From Clostridia bacterium (GTDB taxonomy: Bacteria > Bacillota > Clostridia > Oscillospirales > CAG-272), in NCBI GenBank assembly GCA_017461055.1, contig JAFTZI010000189.1:1-60641 (forward strand): 60,641 nt of DNA. Reading direction: 5' to 3'. How positions within the stretch are numbered: the first letter of the stretch is position 1; the number at the start of each line of letters is the position of its first letter. Both the position numbers and the translations under genes were made by a program. The notes below the pieces were generated by a model, which worked only from the letters and a program-made list of their open reading frames with translations, searched no databases and had not been told where the DNA came from. Positions 47,606 through 57,090 of the stretch are shown piece by piece.

Positions 47606-49450
47606 ATGAAGAAAAAGAATAAAAAGAATGACAACAATAAGCTATCGTTTAAAAGGGTCGTTAAAGATTGTACTTACGCTATAAAAATGGTAGTTGGCAC
47701 ATCTCCAATTGCATTTTTGCTCCGTTTTTTGCTTGAAACTATAAATACTGTTTCAAGCTTCATAGTAGGAACTTATGTTGTAAGGTACATAATTAACTCC
47801 TTTGAAACGGGACTTAATTTTAAAACAGTGGCATTGAGCGCTATTGTAATGATTGCTGTACCTCTTGGATTACAGCTGTTAATAAATCCGCTTATAACTA
47901 TGGTGGAGGACGTAGCATTTGTAAAGGTGGACAAAAAGGTTTTGGGTAAGCTCTACGATAAATGCACAGATGTGGAGCTTGCTTGCTTTGAGAATCCTGA
48001 GTTTTACGATAAATATGTAAAAGCAACAAGTGAAATTACATGGCGTATGTGGAATTTAACTTGGACTGTTGCTAATTTATTTAGTGCAATTCTTGGAATG
48101 TTCCTATATGGCTCACTTTTGTTTACAATGGACTTTGTGTTTATTATTTTCGCAATTTTGCCTTTATTTGGAACATTCATTAAAAGGAAGGCAAATGTTT
48201 TGTGGCATAAGCACACCACTGAGGATAAGGAATATCACCGTAGAGCTAAATATGCTCAAAGAGTATTTTATTCAGGAGAATACGCAAAGGAGCTTCGCTT
48301 AAGTAATGCGAGAGAGTTCTTGCTTGAAAGATATGAACAGGCATCTGACGGAAGAGTTGAGGTTGTTCAAAAATACGGTAAGAAGGAAATGTTTTTAGAG
48401 CTTGCTCATACGGGACTTCAAACGATTATCACAAACCCTCTTGCAATAGCTTACGCGATTTTCCGAACATTAGTGGCGGGAACACTTGGAATAGGTGACT
48501 GTGCAGTTGTTATTAACTCTGTATCAAACCTAACAGGAACATTTACCCAAATAACCGATAGATATTTCAAAGCCCACGAACACGCATTGTTCTTTGAGGA
48601 TTTCCGTGGCTTTATGGAATATGAGCCTAAAATGAAGGACAAGGAAAATGCTATTTCTCCAAAAGCAGGAACAATAAAGCTTGAAAATGTATCTTTCAAG
48701 TATGACGGAAGTGAAAACCTTGTTTTGAAAAATATCTCAATGGAAATTGGGAAAACCGAAAAGATTGCTCTTGTAGGACACAATGGCGCAGGCAAAAGCA
48801 CGCTTATTAAATTGCTTTTACGTTTATATGACCCAACAGAGGGGAAAATATCTATTGACGGTGTGCCACTTGACGACTTGAAATTAGAAGAATATCGTGC
48901 TATGTTCAGTGTTGTTTTCCAAGATTTTAAAACAATATCGTTGCCTGTGGCCGAAAATGTCCTTATGCGTCCGAGGAAAGAAGGCGACGAAGAAAAAATC
49001 ATTCAAGCGCTGAAGGATAGTGGAGCGTATGAGCGTATAATGGAGCTTCCAAAGGGCATTGAAACTATGCTTACTAAGGAATTCGATAAGGATGGAGCTA
49101 TTTTATCCGTAGGACAAGCTCAAAAGGTGGCTATTGCCCATGCATTTGTTAAAAATGCTCCGTTTATAATTCTTGATGAGCCGTCGAGCGCTCTTGACCC
49201 CGTTGCTGAAAATGAAATGTACAACAATATGATGCGAGCGGGCGAGGGCAAGGCGATGATTTTCATATCTCACCGTTTGTCAAGTGCTGTATCTGCTGAC
49301 AGAATTTATATGCTTGAGCATGGTGAAATTGTGGAAAGCGGTACACATACAGAGCTTATGAAGCTTAATGGCAAGTATGCAGATATGTTTAAAAAGCAAG
49401 CCCAAAACTATGTCGATTTAGAGGACGGAGAGGAGGGCAACAATGAGTAA
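47606..49450 (+). CDS. ABC exporter half-transporter (TMD-NBD), subunit 1 of a heterodimer
   Basis: 6-TM type I exporter fold. Walker A GHNGAGKST, signature LSVGQAQK (deviant), Walker B IILDEPSSALD, H-loop ISHRL. Confidence 0.88.
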   Translation: MKKKNKKNDNNKLSFKRVVKDCTYAIKMVVGTSPIAFLLRFLLETINTVSSFIVGTYVVRYIINSFETGLNFKTVALSAIVMIAVPLGLQLLINPLITMVEDVAFVKVDKKVLGKLYDKCTDVELACFENPEFYDKYVKATSEITWRMWNLTWTVANLFSAILGMFLYGSLLFTMDFVFIIFAILPLFGTFIKRKANVLWHKHTTEDKEYHRRAKYAQRVFYSGEYAKELRLSNAREFLLERYEQASDGRVEVVQKYGKKEMFLELAHTGLQTIITNPLAIAYAIFRTLVAGTLGIGDCAVVINSVSNLTGTFTQITDRYFKAHEHALFFEDFRGFMEYEPKMKDKENAISPKAGTIKLENVSFKYDGSENLVLKNISMEIGKTEKIALVGHNGAGKSTLIKLLLRLYDPTEGKISIDGVPLDDLKLEEYRAMFSVVFQDFKTISLPVAENVLMRPRKEGDEEKIIQALKDSGAYERIMELPKGIETMLTKEFDKDGAILSVGQAQKVAIAHAFVKNAPFIILDEPSSALDPVAENEMYNNMMRAGEGKAMIFISHRLSSAVSADRIYMLEHGEIVESGTHTELMKLNGKYADMFKKQAQNYVDLEDGEEGNNE

Positions 49451-51284
49451 TCAAAAGGATAAGGTAACATTTAAGCAGTCGCTTAAAAATAACAAATTTA
49501 TTTTCAAAACCGCATTTAAGTCCGCTCCGGGACTTTGCATAATGCGTCTTGTTATGGGCTTTATAACCGGTTTAAATCACGGTATTACTGTTTTTTTAAC
49601 AAGTGAAATTCTTAACGCTCTTGACAGACGTGAGAGCTTTGAACAGATTCTGTGGAAAATTGCTATAATGGCAATTTACTTCGCCGTGTATCAACTGTTT
49701 TATTCATGGCATTGGAAACAATATAATCCAAAGCATAAGCTTCGTTTTATAAGAGATTTGCATAAGAGGTTTTTTATAAAAGCCTCGGAAATTGATTTGT
49801 CATCCTATGACAGTCCTGAGTTTTACAACGATTATGTTTATTCAATGCAAACCTGTGATAAGAGTATTATGAATTCGGTTGATACTCTTGCGGAAATCAT
49901 AAGATGCTTAGTTGCATCCGTTTCTGTTTTCAGTGTAGTAGTAAACATAGACTGGATTGTTGCGGTCGTAATTCTTGGCTTTTCGCTTCTTGCAATGGTT
50001 ATACATATCATAGAAAATGGAATTTGGTACAAATACGAAAAAGCCTTTTCAAAAATTTGGGGAAAAGACTGGTACATTAGTAGATTTTTCTCACTTGCCG
50101 ACTATGCAAAAGAGGTTCGTCTTACCCAAATAGGCGAAAATATGAAGGATGAACTGCAAAAGAACAAAGCCGAGGAGCGCGTGCTTATAATTAAGCGTCA
50201 AAAAGAATTTTTGGCGCTCAACATAATAGGTTCTTTGCTTGATGTGGCAGAAAACCTGTTCATCATCTTGTTTATGTCATATCACTTGATGGTTACAGGA
50301 GAAATTCTTATAGGCGGATTTGCGATTGCTATAATATCGGCAAATAAAATGCGTGGAATGTTCTCGCAGCTTCAATGGCAAATTACTCAAATAAACAAGC
50401 AGTCCGTTTTTGCAGACAAGGTAAGAAAATTCCTTGAAACAGAGAGCAAAATCATATCAGGTGAACGCGAATTAACTACGTTTGAGTCTATAGAATTTAA
50501 AAATGTAACATTTGCATATCAGGTCACGGAAGAGAAGGACGGCGAAGCAAAAACAGTATATGCGCTTCAGGATGTAAGCTTTAAAATTGAGAAGGGCGAC
50601 AGAATAGCTTTGGTTGGCTATAACGGTGCAGGCAAAACTACTATAACAAAGCTTATGATGCGTCTTTATGATGTAACAAGCGGAGAGATTTTAATAAACG
50701 GTGTAAATATCAAAGAGTATAGGCTTGATATGCTTCGCGAAAAAATCGGAGCAGTATTCCAAGACTATAAGGTTTTTGCGGCAACCGTTGCCGAAAACGT
50801 GCTTGCTGACGTTTATACTCCCGAAAAGGAGCAGGTTGTACTTGATGCGTTAAAGGACAGCACCTTTGATGAAAAGCTTGAAGCATTACCAAACGGAATA
50901 GATACTGAGCTTACAAAAGAATTTTACAAAGAGGGAACGGAGCTGTCAGGCGGAGAATCGCAAAAAATTGCAATAGCAAGAGTTTTTGCTCATAACAACG
51001 AGCTTATTGTAATGGATGAACCGTCAAGCGCACTTGACCCAATAGCAGAATACAATTTAAATGTAGGTATTGATAAAAATGCCAAAGGCAAAACAGTTGT
51101 CTTTATTACACACCGCCTTTCTACAACACGTCATGTCGATATGATTTATATGCTTGAAAACGGTAAAATCATAGAAAGCGGCAGTCACGATGAGTTAATA
51201 CGTGCAGACGGAAAATACGCATCAATGTTTAATCTTCAAGCATCAAAGTACAAAGCGGAAAGTACGGAAAATAACAAGGAATAA
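49443..51284 (+). CDS. ABC exporter half-transporter (TMD-NBD), subunit 2 of a heterodimer
   Basis: Walker A GYNGAGKTT, signature LSGGESQK, Walker B IVMDEPSSALD, H-loop ITHRL. Overlaps subunit 1 by 8 nt. Confidence 0.88.
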   Translation: MSNQKDKVTFKQSLKNNKFIFKTAFKSAPGLCIMRLVMGFITGLNHGITVFLTSEILNALDRRESFEQILWKIAIMAIYFAVYQLFYSWHWKQYNPKHKLRFIRDLHKRFFIKASEIDLSSYDSPEFYNDYVYSMQTCDKSIMNSVDTLAEIIRCLVASVSVFSVVVNIDWIVAVVILGFSLLAMVIHIIENGIWYKYEKAFSKIWGKDWYISRFFSLADYAKEVRLTQIGENMKDELQKNKAEERVLIIKRQKEFLALNIIGSLLDVAENLFIILFMSYHLMVTGEILIGGFAIAIISANKMRGMFSQLQWQITQINKQSVFADKVRKFLETESKIISGERELTTFESIEFKNVTFAYQVTEEKDGEAKTVYALQDVSFKIEKGDRIALVGYNGAGKTTITKLMMRLYDVTSGEILINGVNIKEYRLDMLREKIGAVFQDYKVFAATVAENVLADVYTPEKEQVVLDALKDSTFDEKLEALPNGIDTELTKEFYKEGTELSGGESQKIAIARVFAHNNELIVMDEPSSALDPIAEYNLNVGIDKNAKGKTVVFITHRLSTTRHVDMIYMLENGKIIESGSHDELIRADGKYASMFNLQASKYKAESTENNKE

Positions 51285-51326
51285 TTATTAACCTAAATAA
51301 TTATTTGCATCATTTCGCCATAATGC

Positions 51327-51366
51327 AAAACAAAGGGCAGAGCGCAAGGCTCTGCCCTTTGTTTTG
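51327..51366 (+). terminator. Strong intrinsic terminator after the ABC exporter operon
   Basis: CAAAGGGCAGAGC (51331-51343) pairs with GCTCTGCCCTTTG (51349-51361), followed by TTTT. Confidence 0.85.
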
Positions 51367-51429
51367 CTAAAAATAGAATTCTTTTTTCTACCCAAACAGA
51401 CCGTTTTTGACTAATTTTTCGCATAACAC

Positions 51430-51458
51430 TTGAAACATTTGATTTTGTATGCTATAAT
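51430..51458 (+). promoter_or_regulatory. Sigma-A promoter for the RDD gene (and possibly the downstream importer operon)
   Basis: TTGAAA, 17-nt spacer, TATAAT, with a TG extension (TGC TATAAT). Confidence 0.6.
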
Positions 51459-51503
51459 ATGTTATAACACTATGCGTATGTGCATTTGTTTAGGAGTTAT
51501 ATA

Positions 51504-52271
51504 ATGTACGATTTTCAAAAAGCAGATATGTGGAAGCGTATTTCTGCATGGCTGTTTGATTTTATTATGATTGGTATCGTAATTGTAGGCGTTGCATGGG
51601 GACTTTCTGTCGCATTTAAGTACGATGCGCATTATGAAAGATTGGAGTCCTGCTACGACAAATATGAATCCGAGTATGGCATTGATCTTGATATTTCCAA
51701 TGAGGATTATAACGAGCTAAGCGACGAGATGAAGCAAAAGTATCTTGATGCGGGCGAGAAGATGCAAAATGATGTTGAAATTCGCGCCCGTTATGACATA
51801 ATTGTAAATCTCGTTCTTTTAATCACGACCTTTAGTATAATGCTTGGATATTTACTAACGGAATTTATTGTTCCTCTTTTCTTTAAAAACGGACAAACCC
51901 TTGGCAAAAAAATATTTGGGATTGGAGTTATGCGCTCTGACGGAGTAAAGGTAACACCGTTGCAAATGTTTCTTCGCTCAATTATGGGAAAATGCACAGT
52001 AGAAACCTTAGTTCCGGTATTTGTAATAATTATGATAGTTCTCGGAGTTACCGGAATAGTTGGAATTGCTATTCTGGCGGCTATTATTTTATCGGAAATA
52101 GTTCTTCTTATTGCTACTAAGGAGCGTACCCCAATTCACGATATAATGTCAGGAACTGTCACTGTTGATATGGCAAGCCAAATGATATTTGATTCTCCTG
52201 AGGAGCTTTTAGCCTATAAGCAGAGATGCCATGAAGAGATGGTTAATGACACCAAGGAGCAGACCTCTTGA
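51504..52271 (+). CDS. RDD family membrane protein
   Basis: WKRISAWLFDFIMIG N-terminus and GQTLGKKIFGIGVMRSDG (RDD-type motif). 3-4 TM helices. Start at ATG 51504 after TAGGAG. Confidence 0.75.
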   Translation: MYDFQKADMWKRISAWLFDFIMIGIVIVGVAWGLSVAFKYDAHYERLESCYDKYESEYGIDLDISNEDYNELSDEMKQKYLDAGEKMQNDVEIRARYDIIVNLVLLITTFSIMLGYLLTEFIVPLFFKNGQTLGKKIFGIGVMRSDGVKVTPLQMFLRSIMGKCTVETLVPVFVIIMIVLGVTGIVGIAILAAIILSEIVLLIATKERTPIHDIMSGTVTVDMASQMIFDSPEELLAYKQRCHEEMVNDTKEQTS

Positions 52272-52329
52272 TACATAGATAACAATTGATTTAACAAATA
52301 AATACTATGAAACAGAAAGGCGAAACGGT

Positions 52330-53433
52330 ATGAAAATTGTTTTGCAGAATTTGACCAAAATTTTCCCACCCCGTGATAAAAAGCGCGGCAAGGAGACAAT
52401 TGCTGTCAACAACTTCACATTTACTATTCCAGACGGTAAGCTTGTTGGACTTCTTGGTCCTTCCGGCTGTGGTAAGAGTACCACTCTTTACATGATCAGC
52501 GGACTTCAAGCGCCCTCCGGCGGTAAAATCTTTTTTGGTGAGGATGACGTAACAGAGCTTTCTCCTGAAAATCGTGGCGTAGGTCTTGTGTTCCAAAACT
52601 ATGCACTTTATCCTCACATGACAGTAAAACAGAATATTCTGTTCCCACTCCAGAATCTCCGTGGCGAGGACCGACTAACTAAGGAACAAATGATTGAAAG
52701 AGCATATGATGCTGCTAAGCTCGTTCAAATTGATGAGCTTATGGAGCGTAAGCCAAGTGAGCTTTCAGGCGGTCAACAGCAGAGAGTTGCTATCGCGCGT
52801 GCGCTTGTAAAAATGCCTAAGGTTCTTCTTCTTGATGAGCCTCTTTCCAATCTTGATGCACGTCTTCGTCTTCAAACTCGAGAGGAAATCAAAAGAATCC
52901 AAAAGGAAACAGGCATTACCACTATTTTCGTAACTCACGACCAGGAAGAGGCAATGTCAATTTCTGACATTATAGTGGTTATGAAGCTCGGTGTTGTTCA
53001 ACAGGTTGGCGCACCGCAGGATGTTTACGACGATCCTATTAATTTGTTTGTTGCTAAATTCCTTGGCACACCGCCTATTAATGTATTCAAGGGTTCAGTT
53101 AAGTCCGGTAAGCTTGTCATTAACGGTGCTGAGGTTATGGATGTTCCCGGCATTGATGACCGCGAGGTATTCGTTGGTATCAGACCCGAAGGCTTCATTC
53201 CTGCTGCTGACGGTTCATTTGAGTGCAATCTTAGCAATGTTGAGGTAATGGGTCGTGATGTAAGCGTTGTATCTACTAACGAAGCGTCCCTTAATCCTTT
53301 TGTTCGTTCTATTATTGACGCCGACTATAAAATTGATAAGAGTGCAACTACAATCAGATTTGCGCTTAAGCCGCATAAGGTTTTCTTATTTGACGAAAAA
53401 ACCGAAGAAAGAATTAAATTTGAGGTGAACTGA
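52330..53433 (+). CDS. CUT1-type (MalK/MsmK/UgpC-like) ABC importer ATPase
   Basis: Walker A GPSGCGKST, Q-loop VFQNYALYPH, signature LSGGQQQR, Walker B LLLDEPLSNLD, and a C-terminal TOBE-like regulatory domain. Confidence 0.9.
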   Translation: MKIVLQNLTKIFPPRDKKRGKETIAVNNFTFTIPDGKLVGLLGPSGCGKSTTLYMISGLQAPSGGKIFFGEDDVTELSPENRGVGLVFQNYALYPHMTVKQNILFPLQNLRGEDRLTKEQMIERAYDAAKLVQIDELMERKPSELSGGQQQRVAIARALVKMPKVLLLDEPLSNLDARLRLQTREEIKRIQKETGITTIFVTHDQEEAMSISDIIVVMKLGVVQQVGAPQDVYDDPINLFVAKFLGTPPINVFKGSVKSGKLVINGAEVMDVPGIDDREVFVGIRPEGFIPAADGSFECNLSNVEVMGRDVSVVSTNEASLNPFVRSIIDADYKIDKSATTIRFALKPHKVFLFDEKTEERIKFEVN

Positions 53434-53435
53434 TT

Positions 53436-54566
53436 ATGACTAATCAATCGGTCGCTAAGAAAAAACATATATGGGATAAGGTTAGCGAGAAATTTGACAT
53501 TTTTTGTCGCAAAATAAAGCTTGACAAATGGAAGGCGTGGCTTTACCTGCTACCCACAATTGTTTTGCTTGCTATATTTACCTTTTGTCCAATTATAAAT
53601 ACCGTTAGTATGGCATTTACCGTATATTGGGATCCTGAAGCACCCGTCTATGAATATGACGAAAGCGGAAACATTTTGACAGATGATGAAACGGGTAAAA
53701 AGGTTGTTTTAGGATATGGTGAATACAAGGGCTACAACATAGCGCTTGACATAGCCGGAGAAACTGATTTTGAATTTGGTTTTAACAACTTTATCTCCGT
53801 ACTTAAATATAACGGTTTCATACAAATTATGAAGAATACTGTCATACTTTGTATTATGACCGTTCCGATTTCTACCTTACTTGCGCTCTTGATTGCGGTG
53901 TGTCTTAATGCCATCAAGCCGCTCAGAAGGCTTTTGCAGACCATATTCTTTATGCCTTACGTTACTAACTCAATTGCGATAGGTATGGTATTTGCAGCAA
54001 TGTTCAATATCGTAGGTGTCAATGAGCATAATCTTGATGCGAGTAGATCCTTGGGTATTATAAACAGTGTACTGGGAGTCTTAGGCATGGACCCTGTAAA
54101 CTGGATCAACCAAGGCTCAAGCTACTGGGCTAATATCGCAGTAATGGTTATTTATATTGCTTGGAACGCGCTTCCGTTTAAGATACTTATTCTTTTGGGC
54201 GGACTCCAAAGTGTAAATAAACAGTATTATGATGCAGCCAAGATTGACTCCACTCCACCGTGGCGAGTTTTCACAAGAATTACTGTTCCTCTTCTTTCTC
54301 CTATGATTGCTTATGTCGTTATAACAGGCTTCATTGGCGGATTTAAGGAATATACAAGCATCATCGGTATCTTCGGTGAGGGAATGCAGCCTCCCGGAGC
54401 AGGTGCGGGCACACCTCGACTTCAAACTATGGTTGGCTATATTTATGATGCGTTAGGCACTAACTCGCAGGGCACGGCTTCTGCGGCAGCCATTATTTTG
54501 TTCTTGCTTATTTTTGCGGTTACTCTTATTAACCTTTATGTAAGTAAGAAGAAAACCCACTATTAA
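53436..54566 (+). CDS. ABC importer permease (MalF/UgpA-like) with an enlarged first extracytoplasmic loop
   Basis: 6 TM helices. EAA-loop YDAAKIDSTPPWRVFTRITVPLLSP. Starts 2 nt after the ATPase gene. Confidence 0.88.
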   Translation: MTNQSVAKKKHIWDKVSEKFDIFCRKIKLDKWKAWLYLLPTIVLLAIFTFCPIINTVSMAFTVYWDPEAPVYEYDESGNILTDDETGKKVVLGYGEYKGYNIALDIAGETDFEFGFNNFISVLKYNGFIQIMKNTVILCIMTVPISTLLALLIAVCLNAIKPLRRLLQTIFFMPYVTNSIAIGMVFAAMFNIVGVNEHNLDASRSLGIINSVLGVLGMDPVNWINQGSSYWANIAVMVIYIAWNALPFKILILLGGLQSVNKQYYDAAKIDSTPPWRVFTRITVPLLSPMIAYVVITGFIGGFKEYTSIIGIFGEGMQPPGAGAGTPRLQTMVGYIYDALGTNSQGTASAAAIILFLLIFAVTLINLYVSKKKTHY

Positions 54567-54585
54567 TAAGGAGGCTTTCTTTGAT

Positions 54586-55509
54586 ATGTCTGAAGTAAAA
54601 ACTGAAACAATAGTTACAATGAAAGATAAAAATTTGAAGAACGTTACCTCCACACAAAAGGTGATGAAAATCATTACACAGGTACTACTTTACATTTTCC
54701 TTGGAGTAATGGCTATTATTGTAATTTTCCCATTCTATTGGATGATTATTTCGTCACTCAAAACTGTTGCTGAGTATGAGCTTCCTATTCCTACGCTTTT
54801 TCCAAAGACAATAGTGTGGGCTAACTATACCGAGGCTATTCAGGCGGCGGATCTTTACAACTTATTCAAAAACACAGTTATAGTAGGAGTTGTTTCAACA
54901 CTGCTATCGCTTGTAATTACGGTTATAAGTGCGTTTGTATTTGCAAGATTAGAATTCAAGGGACGTGATACACTCTTTGCAATTCTTCTTGCAACAATGA
55001 TGATTCCGGGCGAGCTTTTTACCATTACTAACTATATCACCGTATCAAAATGGGGATGGGTAGGCAATGAGCTTACTCCGCTTGAGGGATACGGCGTACT
55101 TATAGTACCTTTCCTTGTTAGTATTTTCTACATTTATCTTTTGAAACAGAACTTTATGCAAATACCTAACGAGCTTTATCTTGCCGCAAAGATTGACGGC
55201 ACTAAGGATTTAAAATATCTTTGGAAAGTAATGATACCGCTTGCCCTTCCAACACTTATATCTATTACAATTCTCAAAATGATGGGTGCGTGGAACTCTT
55301 ATGTGTGGCCGCGACTTGTTACCACGAAGGAATATCATCTTATCACTAACGGACTTCGTACTGCATTCCAGGATGCTAACACCGGTACTGCTAACATTCC
55401 TCAGCAGATGGCGGCCGTTACAATGGTATCAATTCCTCTGTTTCTTGTATTCATATTCCTTCGTAAATACATTATGAAGGGCGTATCGAGATCCGGCATT
55501 AAGGGATAA
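54586..55509 (+). CDS. ABC importer permease (MalG/UgpE-like)
   Basis: 6 TM helices. EAA-loop YLAAKIDGTKDLKYLWKVMIPLALP. Confidence 0.88.
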   Translation: MSEVKTETIVTMKDKNLKNVTSTQKVMKIITQVLLYIFLGVMAIIVIFPFYWMIISSLKTVAEYELPIPTLFPKTIVWANYTEAIQAADLYNLFKNTVIVGVVSTLLSLVITVISAFVFARLEFKGRDTLFAILLATMMIPGELFTITNYITVSKWGWVGNELTPLEGYGVLIVPFLVSIFYIYLLKQNFMQIPNELYLAAKIDGTKDLKYLWKVMIPLALPTLISITILKMMGAWNSYVWPRLVTTKEYHLITNGLRTAFQDANTGTANIPQQMAAVTMVSIPLFLVFIFLRKYIMKGVSRSGIKG

Positions 55510-55551
55510 TTTAGTTTTAATGACGAAAGTCTTAAAAAATATTTTAAAAGG

Positions 55552-57069
55552 ATGGAAAACAAAATGAAGAAGATTATAGCAGTCCTTCTTCTTGTTGCCA
55601 TGGCTATCGGTATGGTAGCTTGCGGTGGCAACAAACCTTCCAGTAACCCCGGCAATAATAACGGTGGAAATAATACCACCGCTGAAAAGGTGCGCTGGGA
55701 GGTTCCGGTGGAAGGCTTTGATACAGAAGAGGAAATAACAATCACCTTCTCACACACAATGGGAAAGAACCTTAGCACTGTACTTGATAGATATATTGCA
55801 AAGTTCAACGAAATTTTCCCCAACATCACAGTAGAGCACTATCAAATCGGTGGCTACGATGAGGTTCGTGATCAAACAAACAAGCAGCTAACAGCAGGCA
55901 ATCAGCCTAATATTGCTTACTGCTATCCTGACCATGTTGCTCTTTATAATGTTACCAAGAAGGTTATACCTCTTGATAATCTTATAGAAAGCACCATTGA
56001 GGTACAGAAGGCGGACGGTACAACCATGATTCTCGGTCTTACCGATGAGCAAAAGGCAGATTTTATTCAGACCTACTATAACGAAGGTACTGCTTTTGAT
56101 GCCGCAGGAACTATGTATACTATGCCTCTTTCAAAGTCTACTGAAGCACTATTCTACAACAAGACATTTTTTGAGGCTCATAATCTAACCGTTCCTACCA
56201 CTTGGGAGGAAATGGAAGCTGTGTGTAAGCAAATTAAGGAAATACTCGCAGCAGATGACAAAGCAGCAAATGATACCGACATCCCTCTTGGATATGACTC
56301 TGAGGCAAACTGGTTTATAACAATGACAGAGCAGTATGGCTCTCCATACACCTCTACTGATAAGAATGACCACTTCTTGTTCAATAACAAGACAAACCGT
56401 GATTTTGTTAAATGGTTTAGAGAATGGTATCAAAAGGGCTATGTAACAACTAAGGAGCTCTACGGCGCATATACATCAAAGCTCTTTACTAATACAGATC
56501 CTACAAAGCCTTCTTGCTATATGTGCATCGGTTCTACAGGCGGCGCAAGCAACCAGATTCCAATCGGTGAAGATGATAGCTTCCCATTTGAGGTTGGTGT
56601 TGCACCGATTCCACAGGTAAATCCTGAAAATCCGAAGGCAATCTCTCAGGGTCCTTCACTTTGTATCTTTAGCCAAGCAGGCGATAAGGATGCATATGAA
56701 GATAGCCAGGAAGTGCTTGCTTCATGGATTTTTGTTAAATATCTTTGCACAACTCCTGAGTTCCAGGCAGCATTCTCAATGACCTCCGGTTATATGCCTG
56801 TTATCAATTCTGCTAAGGAAATGGGACAGTATGCTAACTGGCTTCAAAACGCTAACAGCACAGGTAACCTTGTTGCAACTGTTGCCAATCTCGCTTTTGA
56901 ACAGGCAGAAGCTGCGTTCGTTTCCCCTGCATTTAACGGCTCTACCAAGGCTCGCGATCAGGTAGGCGCACTCATTCAGTATTGCTTTACTAATACGTCA
57001 ACCGATGTTGATGCTATGATTTTAAAAGCATTCCAGGATGCTATTACAGAATGTCTCAGCAATAATTAA
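55552..57069 (+). CDS. Extracellular solute-binding lipoprotein (family 1, unusually long at ~500 aa)
   Basis: Signal peptide with lipobox (IGMVAC-GG), then a Gly/Asn linker and an SBP_bac_1-like body. The alternative start is ATG 55564. Confidence 0.85.
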   Translation: MENKMKKIIAVLLLVAMAIGMVACGGNKPSSNPGNNNGGNNTTAEKVRWEVPVEGFDTEEEITITFSHTMGKNLSTVLDRYIAKFNEIFPNITVEHYQIGGYDEVRDQTNKQLTAGNQPNIAYCYPDHVALYNVTKKVIPLDNLIESTIEVQKADGTTMILGLTDEQKADFIQTYYNEGTAFDAAGTMYTMPLSKSTEALFYNKTFFEAHNLTVPTTWEEMEAVCKQIKEILAADDKAANDTDIPLGYDSEANWFITMTEQYGSPYTSTDKNDHFLFNNKTNRDFVKWFREWYQKGYVTTKELYGAYTSKLFTNTDPTKPSCYMCIGSTGGASNQIPIGEDDSFPFEVGVAPIPQVNPENPKAISQGPSLCIFSQAGDKDAYEDSQEVLASWIFVKYLCTTPEFQAAFSMTSGYMPVINSAKEMGQYANWLQNANSTGNLVATVANLAFEQAEAAFVSPAFNGSTKARDQVGALIQYCFTNTSTDVDAMILKAFQDAITECLSNN

Positions 57070-57090
57070 TTGTTTGTTTGAGGAAAAATT

